Positions 31,846 through 39,448 of a DNA stretch of 51,231 nt are shown here, piece after piece. Made by a program: the position numbers and the translations under genes. The stretch comes from Verrucomicrobiota bacterium (GTDB taxonomy: Bacteria > Verrucomicrobiota > Verrucomicrobiia > Limisphaerales > JAYTXL01): positions 1 to 51,231 of the forward strand of contig JAYTXL010000302.1 of the NCBI GenBank assembly GCA_043742955.1. The letters run 5' to 3'. The notes beneath the pieces were generated by a model, which searched no databases, was not told the DNA's origin, and worked only from the letters and a program-made list of their open reading frames with translations. Positions within the stretch are counted from its first letter, which is position 1, and each line of letters opens with the position of its first letter.

Positions 31846-33021
31846 GTGTTACCGGACATCAAATCACAAACGCGCACTGAATTGGAATCCCGTTTCCGGG
31901 AGTGGCAGCAGCCGGCTTATCGGATTGGCCAGGTGCTCGAGTGGCTGTACGCGCGGCGCGTGACGGGCTGGGACGCGATGACGAATCTGCCCAAACCCCT
32001 GCGCGAGCGGCTCGCCCACACCTACGCGCTGGGTACGTTGGAGCTGATTCGCAAACAGGGAGCGCGCGATACCACGCAAAAATTTCTGTGGCGGCTGGAC
32101 GATCACTCGCTGGTCGAGAGCGTGCTTATCCCCGCCAACCCCGCCCTCTACGGCGAGGCGAGCGACCGGCATACGCTGTGCGTTTCCACCCAGGTGGGCT
32201 GTGCCTATGGTTGCAAATTTTGTGCCAGCGGGATCGAGGGCTGGAAACGTAATCTCGGCGCGCATGAAATCGTCGAACAGGTGCTGGCAGTGGAGCGGTG
32301 GGGAGGGCAGGAGGGGGCAAAGTTCAAGGCTCAAAGTTCACCGTTGTCCGCCCTGCCTGCGGCCGCTTCGAACCGGGAACCGGAAACCGTGAGCCCCGCG
32401 CCCGACCGTTTGGTGAACAATCTGGTGATCATGGGGATGGGCGAGCCGCTGGCCAATTATGATAATCTCCTGTCGGCGCTCAAGATTCTGAACGCGCCCT
32501 GGGGGGGCGCCATCGGCGCCCGTAAGATCACCGTTTCGACGAGCGGTCTCGCCCCCCAGATCCGCAAGCTGGCGGAGGAGCCGCTGCAATTTCGCCTCGC
32601 CATTTCGTTGCATGGAGCGACCGATGAGACGCGCAACAAGATCATGCCCGTCAACAAGAAGTATCCGCTCAAGGAGTTGACGTCCGCCTGCGAATATTAT
32701 CAGGAGAAAAAAGGCCGCATGATCACGCTCGAATATATTCTTATCGCCGGCGTAAATGATGGCCTCCATCAAACCAGGCCGCTGGCCCAGCTCGCGCGCC
32801 GGCTGCATGCCAAGGTGAACCTGATCCCTTACAACAAAGTCGACGATCTGCCGTGGGCTCGACCCACGGAGGAGGCGCAGGAGGCCTTCCTGGCAGCCGT
32901 GGAAAACCAGGGCGTGCTGGCCACGCTGCGCCGGGAAAAAGGCGGCGACATCGATGCCGCCTGCGGTCAGTTGCGGCTGAAAACCGAGCGTGAACTTAAT
33001 CCTGGACGAAATGCAGACTGA
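31846..33021 (+). CDS. rlmN: Dual-specificity 23S rRNA/tRNA methyltransferase RlmN
   Basis: CVSTQVGCAYGCKFC (CxxxCxxC), MGMGEP, ISLH, IDAACGQL. Confidence 0.95.
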   Translation: MLPDIKSQTRTELESRFREWQQPAYRIGQVLEWLYARRVTGWDAMTNLPKPLRERLAHTYALGTLELIRKQGARDTTQKFLWRLDDHSLVESVLIPANPALYGEASDRHTLCVSTQVGCAYGCKFCASGIEGWKRNLGAHEIVEQVLAVERWGGQEGAKFKAQSSPLSALPAAASNREPETVSPAPDRLVNNLVIMGMGEPLANYDNLLSALKILNAPWGGAIGARKITVSTSGLAPQIRKLAEEPLQFRLAISLHGATDETRNKIMPVNKKYPLKELTSACEYYQEKKGRMITLEYILIAGVNDGLHQTRPLAQLARRLHAKVNLIPYNKVDDLPWARPTEEAQEAFLAAVENQGVLATLRREKGGDIDAACGQLRLKTERELNPGRNAD

Positions 33022-33111
33022 AGCCGGATTCGTGGTTTCAACCCCCATGCCGGAGTTCGGTTTTAAACTTCCGTGTTTCTTCTAGGTGCCATCCGTGGCT
33101 AAATATTTCCC

Positions 33112-33729
33112 ATGATTGCTCTGCTTGATTACGGCTCCGGCAACCTGCGCAGCGTCCAGAAGGCGCTGCTGAAGGTCGGCGCGGACGTCCGCGTGGTGCG
33201 CCGTCCCGGGGAGATGCGGGACGCGCAGGCCGTGGTGCTGCCGGGCGTCGGCGCCTTCGACGACTGCATCTCGGCGATGCAACGGCAGGAGCTGCTCGGG
33301 GGCGTGCGGGATTTCATCCAGACGGGCCGGCCGTTTCTCGGCATCTGTGTCGGTTACCAGGCGTTGTTCGAGAAGAGTGAGGAGTTCAACAGTTGCGCCG
33401 CCGGTCTAGGTGTTTTCAAGGGCAAAGTGGTGCGCTTCACGGAACGTCCGCGTTTGAAAATTCCACAGATCGGCTGGAACCAAATCGAATTTGCCCAGCC
33501 TGCCTGCCCCTTGCTCAAAGGCATTGCCAATGGCAGCTACGTCTATTTCGTCCACAGTTTTTTTCCGAAGCCGCTGGACGAATCCATCATCGCCACGCGC
33601 ACGGAGCATGGCGAATCCTTCGCCTCCGCAGTGTGGAAGGGCAATGTTTTCGCCACCCAGTTTCATCCGGAGAAAAGCCAGGGCGTCGGATTGACCCTGC
33701 TGAAGAACTTCGTGGAACTGGCGGGTTAG
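33112..33729 (+). CDS. hisH: Imidazole glycerol phosphate synthase glutaminase subunit
   Basis: DYGSGNLRSV, LPGVGAF, GICVG, YFVHS, QFHPEKS. Confidence 0.97.
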   Translation: MIALLDYGSGNLRSVQKALLKVGADVRVVRRPGEMRDAQAVVLPGVGAFDDCISAMQRQELLGGVRDFIQTGRPFLGICVGYQALFEKSEEFNSCAAGLGVFKGKVVRFTERPRLKIPQIGWNQIEFAQPACPLLKGIANGSYVYFVHSFFPKPLDESIIATRTEHGESFASAVWKGNVFATQFHPEKSQGVGLTLLKNFVELAG

Positions 33730-33739
33730 GCAGGAGCGC

Positions 33740-33820
33740 GGGCTTCAACTTCAGGAATAGGATTAAGTTGCGAATGCTTTCCTGCCGCAGCAGCCTCATG
33801 CAGAGATTGTTAATGCCGAT
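33740..33820 (-). pseudogene. Decayed duplicate of the lysS 3' end
   Basis: Minus-strand translation IGINNLCMRLLRQESIRNLILFLKLKP versus LysS IGIDRLCMMLLGQESIRDVILFPQLKP (19/27 identical, no gaps). Confidence 0.85.
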
Positions 33821-34067
33821 AGACTGCGCGCCGATGTCCGATGCCACCAACGACATTCTGCTTCAACTTCGTTTCCACCGGGCAGAGCACCCGGTAATCG
33901 CCGACGCGGATGCGGAAGCCGTCACGGCTTTTCAATTTGTTGCAGCCGGATGGGAACGGATTCTTTTCGAGCGAAAGAATTGCCCTTGAAATTCGAACCT
34001 GAATCCGCGGATGCAAAACAGCGAGTTCCGTACGGGCATCGCGGGCGATCTCAAGCTGCCAGCTCAC
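33810..34067 (-). CDS. RelE/ParE family toxin
   Basis: 85 aa, NPFPSGCNKLK, FRIRVGDYRV, GHRRAVYR; overlaps the antitoxin stop. Confidence 0.88.
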   Translation of the reverse strand: MSWQLEIARDARTELAVLHPRIQVRISRAILSLEKNPFPSGCNKLKSRDGFRIRVGDYRVLCPVETKLKQNVVGGIGHRRAVYRH

Positions 34068-34270
34068 GCCTTGATGCCCAGTTCCTCCATCACCTGACGA
34101 AACGGCTGGCGTGACTGGTGACGGCGCGCTTCAAGCTTCAGCGGGTCGGCAATGTCGGAAGAAATGTCTTCATCTTCCAACATCCGCTCCAACACAGCCT
34201 CGCGCTGGCGCGGCTTCAAGGATTTGAACGCGGTGACAAAAACTTCGGCGGTGGCTTCGTTGGCACTCAT
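34064..34270 (-). CDS. Putative antitoxin
   Basis: 68 aa MSANEATAEVFVTAFKSL... with acidic patch and C-terminal PFRQVMEELG, directly upstream of the toxin. Confidence 0.75.
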   Translation of the reverse strand: MSANEATAEVFVTAFKSLKPRQREAVLERMLEDEDISSDIADPLKLEARRHQSRQPFRQVMEELGIKA

Positions 34271-34281
34271 GGAGTAACTCG

Positions 34282-35892
34282 CTATTTCGGTTTCAATTGT
34301 GGAAACAAAATCACATCTCGAATGCTTTCCTGGCCGAGGAGCATCATACAGAGCCGGTCGATACCGATGCCGATGCCCCCAGCGGGAGGCATGCCATGTT
34401 CGAGCGCGACGAGGAAATCCTCGTCGAGCTTCTGCTGCTCGCCGCCGGCCTGGTGCTCCAGCGTGTTGCGCTGCGCGATGGGATCGTTCTGCTCGGTATA
34501 GCCGGGCGCAATTTCCTGCCCGTTGATGCAGCACTCGAAAACTTCCACGGTGGTGGGATCATCCGGTGAAAGTTTGGCGAGCGGCACAAGCTCCTTCGGC
34601 AGATGTGTGACGAAGGTCGGTTGAATGAGCGTCGGCTCGATGAGCTTTTCAAACACTGCGCCCGTCACCTCGAAGTCTGCGTATTCCTTGCCAATCTCGG
34701 CACCGAGATCGTGCGCGCGCTGGCGGCGTTCAGTGGATGAAATGTCGAACCAATCCGCGCCGGCCTTTTCGCGAACGAGGTCTTTGTATTTTGCGCGTTT
34801 CCACGGACGCGTGAGGTTTATCACTTTCGCGGACGCCAAAGAAATGGGTGGCACGGACGACCCGCCCGTTCCGGTGGGCGACTCGCCGACCGGAATGGTA
34901 GAGAGGTGGGTTGCGAGAGGAGCACCACCAGCAGATTGTGGCGTCACTCCCGTTCCACCCGGCGAGTCGCCGGGCGGGACAGGCGAGTCGCCCGTGCTAC
35001 CCTTCGCTGATTTGTGCTCAATCAACAAAGTTCCCAATACCTTTTCCGCAACCGTACTGATCACCGCCTCCACCGTTTCCATCATCGACTCGTAATCACC
35101 GAACGCCTCGTAGGCTTCGAGCATGGTGAACTCGGGGTTGTGCTTGCGCGAGAGTCCTTCGTTGCGAAAGTTTTTCCCAATCTCGAACAGCTTGTCGATG
35201 CCGCCCACGAGCAGCCGCTTGTGATATAGCTCCAGTGCAATGCGCAGGTAGAAATCACAGCCCAGCGCGTTGTGGTGCGTTTTGAAGGGCGCGGCCGCCG
35301 CGCCACCGGGGATGGGCTGCATGGCGGGCGTCTCCACCTCCACGTAGCCGCGCCCGTGAAAGAACGCGCGAATCTCATGCACGATGGCGCTGCGCTGTAA
35401 AAATACTTTCTTCACCTCCTCGTTGCCCATCAAATCAAGGTAGCGCTGGCGGTAGCGGATCTCGGTATCGGCGACGCCATGCCATTTCTCTGGCGGCGGA
35501 CGAAGCGCCTTGGCGAGGATGACGAAGCTCGCGAGCTTCACGGAAATCTCGCCGGTCTTGGTCGTGAACAACGTGCCCTTCACGCCGATGAAATCCGCGA
35601 GGTCGAGGTGGGTGAAGATGCCCCATTGCTCGTCGCCGAGAACATTCTTCTGCGCATAAACCTGGATGCGCCCGCTCTGGTCGCGCAGGTCAATGAACAT
35701 GGATTTGCCCATGTCCCGGTGCGCGGTGATGCGGCCGGCCAGTGCGACCGCGCGGCCCTCGGTGTAATTGGCGCGGGCGTTTGCGCAGGCTTCGGCGGGC
35801 GCAAACTTGTTTTGGAACGGGTCAATGCCTTTTGCGCGCAAGGCGGCCAGCTTGGTCTTGCGTTGTTCGATGAGTGAGTTCGTTTCGTCCAT
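34282..35892 (-). CDS. lysS: Lysine--tRNA ligase (class II) with an in-frame palindromic insertion
   Basis: RYRQRYLDL, EVETP, YLRIALEL, FRNEG..HNPEFTMLE, GMPPAGGIGIGIDRL, VILFP. Confidence 0.97.
   Translation of the reverse strand: MDETNSLIEQRKTKLAALRAKGIDPFQNKFAPAEACANARANYTEGRAVALAGRITAHRDMGKSMFIDLRDQSGRIQVYAQKNVLGDEQWGIFTHLDLADFIGVKGTLFTTKTGEISVKLASFVILAKALRPPPEKWHGVADTEIRYRQRYLDLMGNEEVKKVFLQRSAIVHEIRAFFHGRGYVEVETPAMQPIPGGAAAAPFKTHHNALGCDFYLRIALELYHKRLLVGGIDKLFEIGKNFRNEGLSRKHNPEFTMLEAYEAFGDYESMMETVEAVISTVAEKVLGTLLIEHKSAKGSTGDSPVPPGDSPGGTGVTPQSAGGAPLATHLSTIPVGESPTGTGGSSVPPISLASAKVINLTRPWKRAKYKDLVREKAGADWFDISSTERRQRAHDLGAEIGKEYADFEVTGAVFEKLIEPTLIQPTFVTHLPKELVPLAKLSPDDPTTVEVFECCINGQEIAPGYTEQNDPIAQRNTLEHQAGGEQQKLDEDFLVALEHGMPPAGGIGIGIDRLCMMLLGQESIRDVILFPQLKPK
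34846..35002. repeat. REP-doublet (REPIN-like) palindrome inside the lysS CDS
   Basis: ~53-nt arms GGGTGGCACGGACGACCCGCC... / ...GGCGAGTCGCCCGTGCTACCC, each containing an internal hairpin. Confidence 0.88.
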
Positions 35893-36180
35893 AAAGAGTT
35901 TCCGATGAAACACGGAGCAAACACGGTTGTCCAAGAGTTTGTTGGGGGGGGGGCGGGATTTAGGTGTCGGCTGAGGCCCGTGGCCGGACTTATGTCCCAA
36001 TGTGGTTCTGTAAGCTGTGGGGTTTCTCCCTTCACACCAGCAGCAACCTCGACAACGGACCAAATCTGTTCAAGTCAACCACGACTCCAGATCCTTGCGA
36101 TCAGTGGTCCCAGCTTCAACCGTTGGCGATTTTGTCCTGTCAAAGCAGGGCTGACTCTGTGAGATTATTTGGGATTGCGG

Positions 36181-37389
36181 ATGACACCAACTGTGGAAAC
36201 TCCACCACCAACAGCATTCAGAGGATCGACCGTTACCAAACCGGTTGCGCTGACGGTCCCTTGGTACTGCTTCGCAATCGTGCTGGGGTCGGCCTGCATA
36301 CCTTTCGGGGTGTTATGGGACATCTCCTGGCATGAGTCCATCGGCCGGGACACTTTTTGGACGCCCGCGCACATGATTATTTACGCCGGCGGTGTGGTTC
36401 CTGGGCTGTCATGCGGATGGATTGTCTTGAGGACGACTTTTGGGGGAACGCCGGCGGAGCGGGCTCGAACGGTCGGGTTCCTCGGTTTTCGCGGTCCCTT
36501 GGGCGCGTGGGTCGTGATCTGGGGGGCGTTGTCGATGCTGACTTCGGCCCCATTCGACAATTGGTGGCATGATGCTTACGGCCTGGATGTCAAAATCCTG
36601 AGTCCGCCCCACACCTTGCTGGCCATCGGCATGGGATCGGTGACCGTCGGGGCGCTGTTGTTGGTGTTGTCATGGCAAAATCGGCTGGCGGAGCCGCAGC
36701 GCCAGGGCGCCGCACGGCTGTATGTATTCATGGGGGGAATTTTGCTGACCATGCAGTCGTTGTTCCTCACCGAGTTTAGTTTTCCCAACCATCAACACGC
36801 CGGGATGTTTTACAAAGTCTCCGCGGTATTGTATCCGGCCATTCTAATTTTTACCGCGCGCGCCTCCACCCTGCGCTGGCCGGCCGTTATGGCATCTTTG
36901 GTCTACATGGGGAGTTATCTGCTGATGATCTGGATTCTGCCACTGTTTCCGGCGCAGCCCAAACTCGCGCCGATCTTTAACCCGATTACGCACATGGTGC
37001 CGCCGCCCTTTCCGCTGTTCATCCTCCTGCCCGCATTCGGTATTGATCTGATGATGCGCCGGTTCAAAGCGTATCCAACGGCGGGGCGCCCCTGGTGGTA
37101 TGAGTGGTTGTTGTCGCTGGGATTGGCCCTGCTGTTTGTGGCCATTTTCGTGCCCGTGCAATGGTGTCTTTCCGCCTTCCTAATCTCTCCTTCGGCCGAG
37201 AACTGGTTTTTTGCCGGAAACCGGCTCTGGGCTTATTCCTCGAGCGTGGGCGAATGGACGCACCGGTTTTGGCAACTCGACAAGGATCCTTTCAATTGGA
37301 GCACCCTGGCATGGGCGCTGGGAATCGCGTGGTTATCCGCCCGCTTTGGGCTGTGGCGCGGCGACTGGATGCGACTCGTGAAGCGATGA
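36181..37389 (+). CDS. Polytopic membrane protein with PmoC/AmoC-like metal-site motifs
   Basis: DISWHESIGRDTFWTPAH and DNWWHDAYGLDVKILSPPH motifs; about 9-10 hydrophobic segments. The CDS is secure; the function is inferred. Confidence 0.7.
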   Translation: MTPTVETPPPTAFRGSTVTKPVALTVPWYCFAIVLGSACIPFGVLWDISWHESIGRDTFWTPAHMIIYAGGVVPGLSCGWIVLRTTFGGTPAERARTVGFLGFRGPLGAWVVIWGALSMLTSAPFDNWWHDAYGLDVKILSPPHTLLAIGMGSVTVGALLLVLSWQNRLAEPQRQGAARLYVFMGGILLTMQSLFLTEFSFPNHQHAGMFYKVSAVLYPAILIFTARASTLRWPAVMASLVYMGSYLLMIWILPLFPAQPKLAPIFNPITHMVPPPFPLFILLPAFGIDLMMRRFKAYPTAGRPWWYEWLLSLGLALLFVAIFVPVQWCLSAFLISPSAENWFFAGNRLWAYSSSVGEWTHRFWQLDKDPFNWSTLAWALGIAWLSARFGLWRGDWMRLVKR

Positions 37390-38984
37390 AACGCGGCGGG
37401 ATCATTATTTGGATCACCTTCTTTCTTCCGCTGCTGGCTTCCGCCCATGTGGGCAGTCCGAATGTATTTTTCGAAGGCCAGGCCGGCCCCTATCCTGTGC
37501 GGGTGGTGATTCGGCCGCCCAGCGTGGTTCCCGGTCTGGCCGAAATTAATGTGCGGGTATCCGATCCGGGACCAGTGCAGGTAACGGCCCTGCCGGTGTA
37601 TTGGCGCGCGGGCCGGAAAGGCGCCCCGCCGCCGGATGTGGCGTCGTTGGTTCCGGGTGAAACCAATCTCTACGCCACCACGCTTTGGTTCATGTCCTCG
37701 GGTGCCTACAGTGTGGATGTCGAGGTTTCCGGGACCCGTGGTAAAGGCACGGTGGTGGTGCCGGTTAATTCCGTGGCCACGACCCGCCGGGAGCTGCCCC
37801 TGGGCCTCGGCACCATCCTGGCGGGGTTGGGCGCGTTTCTGCTGTTCATGGCCATCTGGCTGGCCGGGGCGGAGCACGGGGAAAGCATGGTCGAGCCCGG
37901 AGCGGAAATTCCACGGAATTTGCGGGTGCGTTCCTGGATGGCGATGGGGTTGGCGACGGTGTTGTATTCGAGCGCGCTGGCGGGCGGCAGGTATTGGTGG
38001 AACGAGGTGGACCGGGATTATCGCACCAATCGTTTGTTTCGTCCGTTGCAGATTTCGGCCGCCGTGAGGTCCGAAGGTCCGCAGCGCATTTTACGCCTGG
38101 TGGCCAAGGAACCGGATGATCCAAGACGCGGCTTGGCGCCCCTGATCGCCGATCATGGCAAGATCATGCATTTGTTTCTGATTCGTGAACCGGGGCTGGA
38201 TGTCTTTGCTCACCTCCACCCCATTCAACGGGATCAGCGAACCTTCGAGGTTGCTTTGCCGCCCCTGCCTGCGGGCAGCTTTCGTATCTATGCCGATGTC
38301 ACCCAGGAAACCGGCTTTGCGCAAACCATGGTCGCCGCAGTCGCCATCCCTGAAGGAGCGGGTCAGGCGGAAACGCGGATGTGGGAGAATTCAGCCCGGG
38401 ATCCGGTTTGTGCTTCACCCCTGGCTTTAAACGCGAACACAAATCTCTTTCTGGCACATGACCTGGATGATTCGTGGCACGTGGGCCAACCCGAGGCGGC
38501 CGGCAAGGTCGCCCGTTCAAGCCCGTCCGGGAGTCCCGCCGCCAGCCAGATCCAGACGTGCCGCGTCGCCAACGGTGCCACCCTGGTGTGGGAGTCGGAC
38601 GGCACCTTGAGGGAGAATCGCGAAGCGACGCTCCGGTTTAAGCTGTTGTCCGCCAGCGGCTCTCCGCTGCGCCTGGAGGCTTATATGGGAATGTTTGGGC
38701 ACGCCGCTGTGCGTCGGACGGACGGTGCGGTATTCGCTCACTTGCATCCGATGGGCACGATTTCAATGGCGTCGCAGCAATCTTTTGAAAGGCGCGAACA
38801 AGCGGGTCGCGCGGCGGAACAAAGGGAGCCGGGGAGACATCAAACTGGCACGGCGGACACGGTCTCGTTCCCGTATGAATTTCCGCAGGCGGGATCGTAC
38901 CGAATCTGGGTGCAAGTGAAGGCGGCCGGGGCAGTGTACACCGGGGTGTTTGACGCGGTCTGTGAACTTTCGTCTAAATTGTAA
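37386..38984 (+). CDS. Exported His-rich membrane-anchored protein, PmoB-like topology
   Basis: ATGA overlap with the upstream gene; signal peptide ending ASA then H; two central TMs; DHGKIMH...FAHLHP and MGMFGH...FAHLHP repeats. Confidence 0.65.
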   Translation: MKRGGIIIWITFFLPLLASAHVGSPNVFFEGQAGPYPVRVVIRPPSVVPGLAEINVRVSDPGPVQVTALPVYWRAGRKGAPPPDVASLVPGETNLYATTLWFMSSGAYSVDVEVSGTRGKGTVVVPVNSVATTRRELPLGLGTILAGLGAFLLFMAIWLAGAEHGESMVEPGAEIPRNLRVRSWMAMGLATVLYSSALAGGRYWWNEVDRDYRTNRLFRPLQISAAVRSEGPQRILRLVAKEPDDPRRGLAPLIADHGKIMHLFLIREPGLDVFAHLHPIQRDQRTFEVALPPLPAGSFRIYADVTQETGFAQTMVAAVAIPEGAGQAETRMWENSARDPVCASPLALNANTNLFLAHDLDDSWHVGQPEAAGKVARSSPSGSPAASQIQTCRVANGATLVWESDGTLRENREATLRFKLLSASGSPLRLEAYMGMFGHAAVRRTDGAVFAHLHPMGTISMASQQSFERREQAGRAAEQREPGRHQTGTADTVSFPYEFPQAGSYRIWVQVKAAGAVYTGVFDAVCELSSKL

Positions 38985-39103
38985 GCCCCGCAATATCACC
39001 GGCGTTTTATTTTGGGGCTGGCCTTTTTGACGACCGGCGAACCCGAGCGTTTAGCTTCGAAGTTATCGTCGGATCGAGTTGGCGACGCCGGGCCAAACAT
39101 CCC

Positions 39104-39195
39104 GTAGCCGCAACCTTCAGGTTGCGCTCCCGTGGAACCGGGGCCGTGTGGATCGCCCAAAGCATACCCCAACGCAACCTGAAGGTTTCGGCTAC
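39104..39195. repeat. GTAG-type REP doublet
   Basis: GTAGCCGCAACCTTCAGGTTGCG (39104-39126) / CGCAACCTGAAGGTTTCGGCTAC (39173-39195), one mismatch. Confidence 0.88.
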
Positions 39196-39448
39196 ACCGA
39201 GCCGCCGCGCATGGGGCGACGCTCGGGAGTGGAACCAGCTCAGAACTAAGTCATTGGGACAGGATTTATTATGCCACCTTTGATACTTGGATCACCTGAC
39301 CATCGGTTCAAGCAGACACAGGCTCTATGCTTGACGCTCTTTGACTCGCGCTTAGAGTATCCCAAATGAACCCGCCGCAGGCCCATTCTGCGACCGATGT
39401 GGTATGGCGAAAACGAATTGTCAGCCGTTGAATAACCTGGATATTGTC

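Noticed and set aside
34820-35012. lysS insert as an intein or self-splicing intron
   Set aside because: Too short, no C-terminal His-Asn intein motif or intron core; explained by a palindromic element
36181-38984. Labelling as bona fide pmoC/pmoB (methanotrophy)
   Set aside because: No pmoA, lengths differ, and similarity is limited to motifs and topology; kept only as a CuMMO-like hypothesis
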